Source: an uncultured Bacilli bacterium (GTDB lineage: Bacteria > Bacillota_I > Bacilli_A > RF39 > UBA660). From it: a DNA stretch of 60,212 bases. A model generated the notes under the pieces. The model had not been told where the DNA came from. It was given only the letters and a program-made list of their open reading frames with translations, and did not search any database. Every line of letters starts with the position of its first letter. The first letter of the stretch is position 1. The translations under genes and the position numbers were made by a program. The DNA lies in NCBI GenBank assembly GCA_910579535.1, contig CAJTUR010000004.1:1-60212 (forward strand), in the 5' to 3' direction. Below, piece after piece: positions 39,543 through 50,055 of this stretch.

Positions 39543-39963
39543 CTGGCAACGTCTCCAATGTATTTTTGATAATAGCTTCGTAACTTTCTTCTTTTGCTTG
39601 TTTTAAGAATTCATCAAAAGGACCTATTTTACCCAATATGGCTTCTGAAACATCAATTTCTTTAATATAATAGTTGTATTTTAACTCATCAAAATAGCTT
39701 TTTAAAAGCGTTTTATTAGTTAAAGTCGCCCCAATAAATACTCGATAATAGTCTTTGTCCTTTAAAATTCTTGTAACAGGAAACTGTTGACTTAAATTCA
39801 TTGCATTTTGTTCATTTTTAAAAACACCCACTTGAAAAACAAAAAGGGTATTTTTATTTTTTGCCTCCGCTTTTTCTTTAATATTTAAGAAAAAAAGTGT
39901 AGCTAGAAGCGTACCCAACAAACAAGAAAAAAGAACGATTTTAAGATTTTTTTTCAAATCCAT
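39526..39963 (-). CDS. membrane-anchored SPOR-domain protein
   Basis: N-terminal TM; FVFQVGVFKNEQNAMNL ... YYRVFIG resembles a SPOR repeat. Overlaps the radC start. Confidence 0.55.
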   Translation of the reverse strand: MDLKKNLKIVLFSCLLGTLLATLFFLNIKEKAEAKNKNTLFVFQVGVFKNEQNAMNLSQQFPVTRILKDKDYYRVFIGATLTNKTLLKSYFDELKYNYYIKEIDVSEAILGKIGPFDEFLKQAKEESYEAIIKNTLETLPDVLSN

Positions 39964-40024
39964 TCACCTCTTAAAGAGAGTTTAACAAAAAGAAACTAAA
40001 AAAAATGTCGAATAAAAAAGAAGG

Positions 40025-41002
40025 CTAATTTTTTTCGCCTTCTTCTAACATGGTAGTAATAAAGATTCCATAACCCGTTTGAACTTTATCTACCACAACA
40101 TGAGTCACCGCTCCAATAATTTTATTATTTTGAATAATTGGGCTTCCACTCATTCCTTGCACGACTCCTCCTGTTTCTTTTAAAAGTTTTTCGTCAGTAA
40201 TTTCAAAAGAAATATTTTTAATTTTATTGTATTCATTAATTTTGGTAATATTAATTTCAAATTCTTCGACGACGTTATCCGATAAAACAGTTAAAATCGT
40301 TGCTTTTCCTATTTTTACTTCCTCTTTACTGGCCACTTCAAAGGTTTGACTATCAGGTAGATTCTTGGTGTATTTTCCAAAAAGACCAAATTCGGTGTTT
40401 TTATAAATGGTACCATAGACATCTTTCGGATTAAAATTAGCTTTCTTTTCTCCAGGTGTTCCATTCGTACTTTTATTAATCCCCGTAATGGTACTATTAA
40501 AAATGGTTCCTGTTTTGACTTCAATTTTTTTATTGGTATTTGCTTCAATAATCTCATGACCTAAAGAACCAAAAATTTTTGTTTCAGGGTCAATATACGT
40601 TAAGGTTCCAATACCAGTGATACTGTCTTTAACATATAAGCCTGTTTTATAAGTTTCATCTTGTTTGACAAGGGTTAAAGTCGATTTTTTTTCTTCATTG
40701 TTTCTTAGAATGGTTAAAGAAACACTTTCACCTTCCATATTCTCTTCAATCGCCTTCGTAAGTTCATTGATGGTTTCAACAGGAGTTTCATTGACTTTAA
40801 GAATTGAATCTCCCACTTGAATCGCTGGGTTACTTTGCACTAGTGTTCCATTAACTTTGTAAAAACCAACAACCAACACACCTTGACTATGAATATTAAT
40901 ACCAATGTTGTCTCCTCCAACAAGAATTCGATCGGAATACGCTAAGGCGACATTCGGAAATAAAAATAGTAAATTTAATAACAACATACTTATTTTTTTC
41001 AT
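40025..41002 (-). CDS. spoIVB: SpoIVB (S55) sporulation signalling serine peptidase
   Basis: Signal/anchor, PDZ (GDSILKVNETPVETINEL), GIGTLTYIDPETKIFGSLGHEI (His) and GMSGSPIIQNNKIIGAVTHV (Ser). Confidence 0.85.
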   Translation of the reverse strand: MKKISMLLLNLLFLFPNVALAYSDRILVGGDNIGINIHSQGVLVVGFYKVNGTLVQSNPAIQVGDSILKVNETPVETINELTKAIEENMEGESVSLTILRNNEEKKSTLTLVKQDETYKTGLYVKDSITGIGTLTYIDPETKIFGSLGHEIIEANTNKKIEVKTGTIFNSTITGINKSTNGTPGEKKANFNPKDVYGTIYKNTEFGLFGKYTKNLPDSQTFEVASKEEVKIGKATILTVLSDNVVEEFEINITKINEYNKIKNISFEITDEKLLKETGGVVQGMSGSPIIQNNKIIGAVTHVVVDKVQTGYGIFITTMLEEGEKN

Positions 41003-41149
41003 CTTTTCAACACCTCATGCTTAGTATATGAAGAAGCAAGTAAGAAATAAAAACAATAATTGGTAACAACCAAAAAATGGTAAAGATAGACGGACTATTT
41101 TTAATCAATGATAATAATTATCACCTAGACTATTATGCGATAGATAAGG

Positions 41150-41178
41150 TTGACAAAAAGTGTTGTTTTTACTATAAT
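41150..41178 (+). promoter_or_regulatory. consensus sigma-A promoter of the NTase-PHP bicistron
   Basis: TTGACA 41150-55, 17-nt spacer, TATAAT 41173-78; RBS AAAGGGGG 41196-41203. Confidence 0.7.
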
Positions 41179-41208
41179 ATTAGCAATTAAAATTAAAAGG
41201 GGGAAAAT

Positions 41209-42174
41209 ATGAACAAATTGATAGAAATATGTCGAGAAGCGGCACAGGCATCAACTGATTTTGAAATTACAAACGATGAATTAAAAAGAAAATATTTACT
41301 TTATAATATAAAACTATATAATTCAATTGTTAAAAAAGTAAAAGGAAATCGTGGCTCTTTTGGTACAGGTTATCCTTTTTATGCTTTGAATAAAAATTTA
41401 GAGGGAACATTACCAATTATTGATGAGCAACTTCAATATAATAATAAACTAATAAAATCTGTTGAAAAAACAGATAGAACGACTTGGACATGTGCTTATT
41501 GCTTAGCAAAATATGGAGAAAAAATGCCAGATTTAAAACAAGTGTGTAAGCCATGTTTATGGATGGAAGATGAACTAAAACCAAGGAAAGTCTTGAATAG
41601 ACTTCCAGATGTGGATATGTGGATGGTTTGTGATAATGAAAATGTTGAAACAGCTAAAAAAGAGTTAATTAAATTATTTGCTGAAAATAGCATTTCATCT
41701 TCTGATATTGATCCAGTTAAAACAATAGAGGATGTCATAGAAATCGTTCGCCAATTAAAGAGTGGGGGGGGGGTTATACCTACTAAAACTTTACCAATGG
41801 ATGCCCATATTATAGAATACGCGACTATTTATTCATTAATTGCCCAAGTTCCAGAAATTTTAAAAAAAGCCTCCAGTAATAGAGAAGTGCCTTATTTGCC
41901 TATACATCCTATATCTTATAGAAAAGACTGGCAGCATGATGATGAACCTTATAATTTTATTTATGACTTTCTTTCAGCTTTTACAGAATTTGATTTTGAT
42001 CCCGAATTAAAAAAATTGTTGGATAAAAGTCGAAATATGGTTGCAAACAGTTATACTTTTGAACAACTCTATACTTATCTCATCGCTTCCGCTCAAGAAT
42101 CAAATATAAGAAGATTCAGAACTTTGGAGCTAAAAGATAGATTTAAAGAAAGGATTGATTCATGGAAAAAGTAG
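41209..42174 (+). CDS. putative Pol-beta-superfamily nucleotidyltransferase with an inserted CxxC...CxxC zinc knuckle
   Basis: RGSFGTG (res 48-54), C95xxC98-x14-C113xxC116, LPDVDMWMV (D134, D136), LPMDAHII (D198), helical C-terminal ~120 aa. Motif-level call only. Confidence 0.45.
   Translation: MNKLIEICREAAQASTDFEITNDELKRKYLLYNIKLYNSIVKKVKGNRGSFGTGYPFYALNKNLEGTLPIIDEQLQYNNKLIKSVEKTDRTTWTCAYCLAKYGEKMPDLKQVCKPCLWMEDELKPRKVLNRLPDVDMWMVCDNENVETAKKELIKLFAENSISSSDIDPVKTIEDVIEIVRQLKSGGGVIPTKTLPMDAHIIEYATIYSLIAQVPEILKKASSNREVPYLPIHPISYRKDWQHDDEPYNFIYDFLSAFTEFDFDPELKKLLDKSRNMVANSYTFEQLYTYLIASAQESNIRRFRTLELKDRFKERIDSWKK
41764..41773 (+). repeat. G10 homopolymer inside the NTase-like CDS
   Basis: GGG GGG GGG Gtt encodes G186-G188 plus V, between the DxD motif and the third carboxylate. 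Confidence 0.95.
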
Positions 42175-43055
42175 ATTTACATATTCATTCAACACTGTCT
42201 GATGGAGTTTTAACACCAAAAGAAATTATCGACGAAGCTGTTAAAAATGGTGTAAGCGTTATTGCCATCGCGGATCATGATAGCATAGACGCTTATACTA
42301 AAGACTTTTATAATTATGCTAAAGAAAAGGGAATAAAAATAATAAATGCTGTGGAGATTTCTACTAAAACTGAAAAAGCGGGTATTCATGTTTTAGGATA
42401 TAATTTCAATATAGAGGATACTTCATTAAAAGAAAAATTAAATATTTTAAAAAATACTAGACACGAATATTTAAATAATGTTGCAAAAAAATTAAAAGAA
42501 TTAAATTATTTTTTAGAAATAAAAGAGTTAGAAAAAATTGAAGCTGTGACCAAAGCTCATATCGCTTTGAATGTTATTAATCATCCTAAAAATGCTGATT
42601 TATTATTAAAACAATTTGGTCATATTCCTAATAAAGGAGAATTTATTGAAACTATTATGAATGAAGGCTGTCCAGCTTATGTGAAAAAAAATACTATTAC
42701 TCCTCAAGAAGCCTCTAAAATTATAAAAGAAGCTGGAGGGAAAGTTGTATTAGCTCATCCAGTCGCTTACGAATATGAAGATAATTTGAGTGAAGAGACT
42801 ATAGCTAATTTAGTAACTGATATGAAAGCAGATGGAATCGAAGCTTATTATATTTATGTAGATAGAAATAATAATAAAATTGATGAAATTAAAAAATGGA
42901 AAAATTTTGCTGATCAAAATAAATTATTAGTTACCATAGGCTCAGATTTTCACAACGAAGATGGAATTCGACCTCAAATTGGCTTAATCAATGAAATATT
43001 AAATTTAAACGAAGAGACCATAAATAATATAATAGAAAAAATTTTAAATGAATAA
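42162..43055 (+). CDS. PHP-family metal-dependent phosphoesterase (TrpH/YciV-like)
   Basis: DLHIHSTLSDG, IAIADHD, NAVEIS, IHVLGY, LAHP, GSDFHN: all PHP metal ligands present. Overlaps the upstream ORF by 13 nt. Confidence 0.8.
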   Translation: MEKVDLHIHSTLSDGVLTPKEIIDEAVKNGVSVIAIADHDSIDAYTKDFYNYAKEKGIKIINAVEISTKTEKAGIHVLGYNFNIEDTSLKEKLNILKNTRHEYLNNVAKKLKELNYFLEIKELEKIEAVTKAHIALNVINHPKNADLLLKQFGHIPNKGEFIETIMNEGCPAYVKKNTITPQEASKIIKEAGGKVVLAHPVAYEYEDNLSEETIANLVTDMKADGIEAYYIYVDRNNNKIDEIKKWKNFADQNKLLVTIGSDFHNEDGIRPQIGLINEILNLNEETINNIIEKILNE

Positions 43056-43108
43056 TTAGGAGTCTTTTTAGCCGAATAGACTTTAAACGATTTCTTAGAA
43101 ATAAAAAA

Positions 43109-43137
43109 TTGACAAGAAACCGCATCTTTGATAGAAT
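43109..43137 (+). promoter_or_regulatory. consensus sigma-A promoter of the rplU operon
   Basis: TTGACA 43109-14, 17-nt spacer, TAGAAT 43132-37. Confidence 0.7.
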
Positions 43138-43139
43138 TA

Positions 43140-43222
43140 AACATGTTTAAAGGAGCTTTCCTTGAAACCGCTTGGAAAAGGTTAAAAAACAAGAGTTACC
43201 TTAACAGCGCGTCTTAATAATA
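43140..43222 (+). ncRNA. L21-leader-like 5' UTR
   Basis: About 85-nt structured leader between the promoter and the rplU RBS (hairpins AAGGA/TCCTT, AACC/GGTT). Bacillota carry an L21 leader at this position. Not checked against a model. Confidence 0.4.
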
Positions 43223-43230
43223 AAGGAGGT

Positions 43231-43539
43231 ATGAAAATGAAAGCTATATTCGAATCTGGTGGAAAACAATATTATGTAACCGAAGGCGACAGTATTTATG
43301 TTGAAAAATTAGCAACAGAAGCTGGAAGTGAAGTGGTATTTACAGATGTTTTATTTGTAGATGGTAAATGGGGAAATCCAACGGTTAATGGAGCTAAAAT
43401 AACCTGTACTGTTGAAAAACATGGTAAACAAAAGAAAATTGTTGTTTTCAAATACAAACCAAAAAAGAAATATCGTAACAAACAAGGTCATAGACAACCT
43501 TATACGAAACTTATTGTTAAAAAAATAGAAGTTAAATAA
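43231..43539 (+). CDS. rplU: 50S ribosomal protein L21
   Basis: [25 protein letters not shown]...; 102 aa. Confidence 0.95.
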   Translation: MKMKAIFESGGKQYYVTEGDSIYVEKLATEAGSEVVFTDVLFVDGKWGNPTVNGAKITCTVEKHGKQKKIVVFKYKPKKKYRNKQGHRQPYTKLIVKKIEVK

Positions 43540-43541
43540 AA

Positions 43542-43838
43542 ATGATTAAAATTCATATAACAGAAGAGACAATTAAAATCAGTGGCCATGCAAATTATGC
43601 AAATTATGGTCATGATATTGTTTGTAGTGCGGTATCAAGTATTGTCACTACTTCAATTAATGGAATTCTAGCTTTTAAAGAAACCATTATTGTAGAAGAA
43701 GAAAAAGAATCATTGCTGATTAAAATAAAAGTGCACGATAAAATAACCGATACACTAATCAAAAATATGATTGATTTATTAAAAGAAGTAGAAAGGCAAT
43801 ACCAAAAAAACGTAAAAATAATTGAGGAAGGAGATTAA
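43542..43838 (+). CDS. prp: ribosomal-processing cysteine protease Prp
   Basis: 98 aa; [20 protein letters not shown] (His/Cys dyad); lies between rplU and rpmA. Confidence 0.85.
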   Translation: MIKIHITEETIKISGHANYANYGHDIVCSAVSSIVTTSINGILAFKETIIVEEEKESLLIKIKVHDKITDTLIKNMIDLLKEVERQYQKNVKIIEEGD

Positions 43839-43839
43839 C

Positions 43840-44124
43840 ATGTTAAATTTTAAATTAGATATCCAACGATTTGCTCACATCAAAGCGCAAGGTTCTACTA
43901 AAAATGGTCGTGATAGTGCTGGTCGAAGACTAGGCGCAAAAGCAAGTGATGGACAAACTGTGAGTGCGGGTTCTATTCTTTATAGACAAAGAGGAACTAA
44001 AATTTACCCAGGTGCCAATGTTGGAATGGGTAAAGACCATACATTATTTGCTAAAGTAACAGGTGTTGTAAAATTTGAAAGATGTGGAAAAGACAAGAAA
44101 AAAGTGAGTGTTTACGAAGCATAA
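43840..44124 (+). CDS. rpmA: 50S ribosomal protein L27 with N-terminal propeptide
   Basis: Start moved to ATG 43840 (GAAGGAG RBS). [26 protein letters not shown]: a Prp-cleavable extension followed by the conserved L27 core. Confidence 0.9.
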   Translation: MLNFKLDIQRFAHIKAQGSTKNGRDSAGRRLGAKASDGQTVSAGSILYRQRGTKIYPGANVGMGKDHTLFAKVTGVVKFERCGKDKKKVSVYEA

Positions 44125-44125
44125 G

Positions 44126-44157
44126 AAAACCTATAAATTAAAAAACTTATAGGTTTT
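44126..44157. terminator. bidirectional terminator
   Basis: AAAACCTATAA 44126-36 / TTATAGGTTTT 44147-57. Overlaps the stop of the convergent ORF. Confidence 0.75.
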
Positions 44158-44653
44158 TATTTGCCTTCCTTTGTTTGTATTCTAGAATTAATCGATTAGT
44201 TTCTACTAAATTATCTTCATCAATAGAATCGAGCAATTCTTCAGCTAAAAATTTATTGGGAATGATAGAAGTCCTGCGTTCATAATAAGATTCTATACCA
44301 GTTGTATATCTTGCTTCAAGTAAAGTATTATCACACAAAGCATTTAAAACTCGCCCATAATTAGGATAAGATTTTATATAGTTTTGAGTAATTAAAGTAC
44401 ATTTGAATTCATTAATAATCTCTTCCAAGATAATCTCTCTTTTATTAAGCTTGGGTGGAGTGTTATTTTCGTATAAAAAATCACCATTTATTTCCTGAAT
44501 GAACTTTAAAGGAATTTCGCATATAGAAAAACCACATCTTGTAAAAAGCACGTTTTGTTTTATAAAAGAAGTTGAAGCTTCCATACGACAAAGTTCATGA
44601 AGCAAAGTGCAATATAAACAATATTTTTTTCCCTTACAATTAAACCTTTCCAT
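44147..44653 (-). CDS. hypothetical protein with Cys-rich N-terminus
   Basis: 168-aa ORF (MERFNCKGKKYCLYCTLLHELC...). Antisense to the ribosomal operon. No family recognised and no obvious RBS. Confidence 0.4.
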   Translation of the reverse strand: MERFNCKGKKYCLYCTLLHELCRMEASTSFIKQNVLFTRCGFSICEIPLKFIQEINGDFLYENNTPPKLNKREIILEEIINEFKCTLITQNYIKSYPNYGRVLNALCDNTLLEARYTTGIESYYERRTSIIPNKFLAEELLDSIDEDNLVETNRLILEYKQRKANKNL

Positions 44654-44958
44654 ATAGTCTGATTACAGTAAAGTTCTATTTGATTAAAATATGATTTCCT
44701 GGTTTGCAAATTTCTACTCCGATTTTAAAGATATAATTTTAAACAGTGGCTGCTATTAAAGAAAAATATTTTCTATTTTTTCTAATAATGCGCAAGGCAA
44801 ATGATAGGTATCATTAAAATGTTTAAGTTTGAATAGTAATTTTTCATTCATAAACTTAAATTCTAGCGGTAAATCTTTTGAATTTGCAAATATAATTTTT
44901 AGATGAGCCTTTAGTTCTTTAAAAAAATATGCTAAAATAAAAAGAAAGAAGGTGACTT

Positions 44959-45597
44959 ATGCGTTATAAAGTAGTTAAAAATGCAACAAATATCTTAAGT
45001 GATAGTGAATACTTAGTAAAAAAGCCAGAAAATTATAAAAATAAATGGCAATCTTTATTTAATAATAACCATCCTATTTGTTTAGAATTAGGAATGGGGT
45101 ATGGTTCTTTTATTATTAAAATGGCTTTAGAAAATCCTAACATAAATTTTATTGGATTAGAACTTGATATAAATCAAACTGCTAAGGCCATTAAAAATAT
45201 TGCTAATAAGAAAATTCCAAACTTAAAAATAATTTGTGCTGATGCAAATAACATCATCGATTATTTTGGAAAAGAAATTGACACCATTTATTTAACATTT
45301 TCTGAACCTTGGCCTAAAAAGAAAGATGAAAAGAAAAGATTTACCTCTCTAAATTATTTAAAGCTGTACGATAGAATATTTAAAAAAAATAAGCACATCA
45401 TATTAAAAACCGATAATAAAATTTTATTTGCTTCTTCTCTAGAAAACTTAAGTAGTTATTGGTATGTTTTTGAAAAAGTCAGTCTAGATTTACATCATGA
45501 TGAAAGAAACATAAAAAATGTTATGACGGATTTTGAAACACAGTATTTTAAAGAAAAGCGACCCATCTATTATTTAGAAGCTAGCTTTAAAGATTAA
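44959..45597 (+). CDS. trmB: tRNA (guanine46-N7)-methyltransferase
   Basis: LELGMGYGSF SAM motif, TFSEPWPKKKDEKKRF, GAAGGTGA RBS. Confidence 0.85.
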   Translation: MRYKVVKNATNILSDSEYLVKKPENYKNKWQSLFNNNHPICLELGMGYGSFIIKMALENPNINFIGLELDINQTAKAIKNIANKKIPNLKIICADANNIIDYFGKEIDTIYLTFSEPWPKKKDEKKRFTSLNYLKLYDRIFKKNKHIILKTDNKILFASSLENLSSYWYVFEKVSLDLHHDERNIKNVMTDFETQYFKEKRPIYYLEASFKD

Positions 45598-45599
45598 TT

Positions 45600-48056
<2,457 letters not shown>

Positions 48057-48182
48057 GATAAGTCACCTAATAAAATAATAGCATAGAAAAAGAAAGATAT
48101 TCCAAACAAAAGAATTCTTTGACATTTGTTTTATTAGATTTCCTATGTTAAAATAGGTCTTATAAAAAGGGGGAGAGCTATT

Positions 48183-48731
48183 ATGTTTAATGCTTTAGAC
48201 TTTATAGAATATGAATTTAATCCTCAAGAAATAAAAAGCAAAATAAATCTTAAAACAAATAATTGGGTAACTAATGAACTAACAAATTGTTATGCCTTTG
48301 CTTTAGGTCTCGACTTAAAACCTAGTGAAATTTGTCGTTACGCGGATGCTCATCTTTATTGTGGGGGACGTTTCTTTTTGCTTCTAAATCATCTATTAAA
48401 TGACGATGGAACATTAGAAAAGATGTCTTATCAAGAAAAATTTGAGCTAGATTTTCAATCTTTAGAACTCTTTTATGAAGAAATAGAATTATACGATAAA
48501 ATTGTTGATGCTAATGAATGGAAAATTGCTTATTTTGAAAATGAAAAGGAAAAAGGTTTTCATTTTTATCGTCAAGCTGAAAATGGAATTTGGTATCATA
48601 AACCTGGTTTTTATTTTGAAAAACCAACCTGTTATACAGAAAAAAAGTTTCTTATAAATGATCCAATTCAAGGAGCCTTAGTTGATTATCCAGATTACAC
48701 ATACAAAAGAACCTATCGTTTAAGAAAATAG
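48183..48731 (+). CDS. hypothetical protein; possible Cys/His (papain-like) hydrolase
   Basis: 182 aa; GGGGGAG RBS; TNCYAFALG and GFHFYRQAENGIWYHKPG motifs. The fold assignment is a guess. Confidence 0.5.
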   Translation: MFNALDFIEYEFNPQEIKSKINLKTNNWVTNELTNCYAFALGLDLKPSEICRYADAHLYCGGRFFLLLNHLLNDDGTLEKMSYQEKFELDFQSLELFYEEIELYDKIVDANEWKIAYFENEKEKGFHFYRQAENGIWYHKPGFYFEKPTCYTEKKFLINDPIQGALVDYPDYTYKRTYRLRK

Positions 48732-48739
48732 AAAGTACA

Positions 48740-49261
48740 AAAAATAGGAATTTAGAGAAAGTAAAACACAAAGTAAAATTTGATGGTAATAAATGGTTGT
48801 GGAAAAATCATACAAATTGCCTTGGATATTTGTACACGATTTCCAAAAAAAGAATTTACCTCTTGGCAAGAACACTTAAATTTCTTAAATTATTTCTCTT
48901 ACGATGAACGGATTCAGCTTGATTTAAAAAACATTGCCGTTCCTTTTGAAAGAATAGATTTTTCAGATAAATTGCAAAAAGAAAATGAGCGTAAGATTGT
49001 ATTTTTTAAATTGATTGATCGTAAATATAGACTTTGTTATGGGAAGTACAGTTGCCAAAGTTCCACACCATTACATAGCTTTCATTTTTATGAGCAAGAT
49101 TATGATGGCACTTGAAAACACAAAAATGGGTAGGAAGAATCTCCTACCAGTGTAAATAAACAAAAGAAAAAATAGTAAACCCTATCGATGATATACATTG
49201 TTATTCTGACGATTACGAATACCAAAGTACTTATTGTCTCATACTTAACAAGAAAGATTGA
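48740..49261 (+). pseudogene. decayed tandem paralogue of the 48183-48731 gene
   Basis: Three frames align to the upstream protein. These are NKWLWKNHTNCLGY (vs NNWVTNELTNCYAF), HSFHFYEQDYDGT*KHKNG* (vs GFHFYRQAENGIWYHKPG) and VNPIDDIHCYSDDYEYQSTYCL (vs INDPIQGALVDYPDYTYKRTYRL). TGA at 49113-15 sits at the aligned Trp. No start codon. Confidence 0.65.
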
Positions 49262-49367
49262 AATGAAAATTTAACAAAAACTCAACATTTATTTTAAATG
49301 CTCTTGAAAGTACAAAGATTATTCTCAAAAATAAATACCAACAACCCCATGACTTACGATTAAAAAA

Positions 49368-49396
49368 TTGACTTTAAAGCTACTTTGGGGTATAGT
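49368..49396 (+). promoter_or_regulatory. sigma-A-type promoter of the flp pilin gene
   Basis: TTGACT 49368-73, 17-nt spacer, TATAGT 49391-96. Confidence 0.6.
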
Positions 49397-49422
49397 ATTT
49401 ATAACGACAGTAGGTGATTAAA

Positions 49423-49632
49423 ATGATAAAAAATAATAAAGGGCAAGCATTAGTAGAATACGTTTTAATTGTTGCCATAATAAGTGTCATTACCATAGCT
49501 ATAGTCAATTACTTTGGAGGCTATTTAAAAGACTCCATAACAAAAACCTCTTGTTCCTTAACCGATGAAGAATACGTAAAAGGAGACAAGCCAGGCGAAG
49601 GCACTTGTCAAGAAAAGAAAAAAGAAAGCTGA
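49423..49632 (+). CDS. flp: Flp-family type IVb prepilin
   Basis: MIKNNKG-QALVEYVLIVAIISVITIAIV: short leader, G/xxxxEY processing motif, hydrophobic stretch. AGGTGA RBS. Confidence 0.8.
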   Translation: MIKNNKGQALVEYVLIVAIISVITIAIVNYFGGYLKDSITKTSCSLTDEEYVKGDKPGEGTCQEKKKES

Positions 49633-49664
49633 TTTTGGAAATTTTATTTCCAATCTTTTTTTTT
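49631..49664 (+). terminator. hairpin plus T9 right after the pilin gene (probable partial terminator)
   Basis: TTGGAAA 49635-41 / TTTCCAA 49647-53 followed by TTTTTTTTT 49656-64. An extended -10 TGTTATAAT follows at 49667-75. Confidence 0.7.
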
Positions 49665-49701
49665 CGTGTTATAATAATTTAAAATAGAGGGGTGAGTATA
49701 G

Positions 49702-50055
49702 ATGTCCTTTTCAAATAAAAAGGGTCAAGCACTAGTGGAATTTGTAATCATTTTACCCATCTTTATTTTTATGATTTTTGCTTGTATTGATATTGGAAAA
49801 GTATTATATATGCAAAACAAATTAGAAAGTAGAATGGATGACATCATTACAAGTTATCAAAAGGGTTTAACCGAGGAAACCATCAAAAAAGATTTAGACT
49901 TAAATCATCAAGAAATCATTTTAAACATTGAAAAAGAAAATGTTTATAAAAGATTTAAACTGTCTAAAAAGTTAGACATGATTACACCTGGAATAAACTT
50001 AATTCTTTCGAATCCATTGGAAGTAAAAGCTGAGCGAGTGATTTATGATGAATAA
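49702..50055 (+). CDS. TadE-like pseudopilin
   Basis: NKKGQALVEFVIILPIFIFMIF N-terminus. Confidence 0.75.
   Translation: MSFSNKKGQALVEFVIILPIFIFMIFACIDIGKVLYMQNKLESRMDDIITSYQKGLTEETIKKDLDLNHQEIILNIEKENVYKRFKLSKKLDMITPGINLILSNPLEVKAERVIYDE

Noticed and set aside
44756-44851. 31-codon minus-strand ORF (MNEKLLFKLKHFNDTYHLPCALLEKIENIFL*), in the same frame as the 168-aa ORF downstream of it.
   Set aside because: It is separated from the 168-aa ORF by five in-frame stop codons over about 100 nt, so it is not a simple frameshifted N-terminus. It has no RBS.
49113-49115. TGA aligned with Trp of the upstream paralogue, raising the possibility of genetic code 4 (TGA = Trp).
   Set aside because: TGA terminates well-defined genes at the expected length, for example rlmN at 12880-12882 and flp at 49630-49632. 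Trp is TGG throughout. The copy also carries a TAG, frameshifts and no start, so it is a pseudogene.
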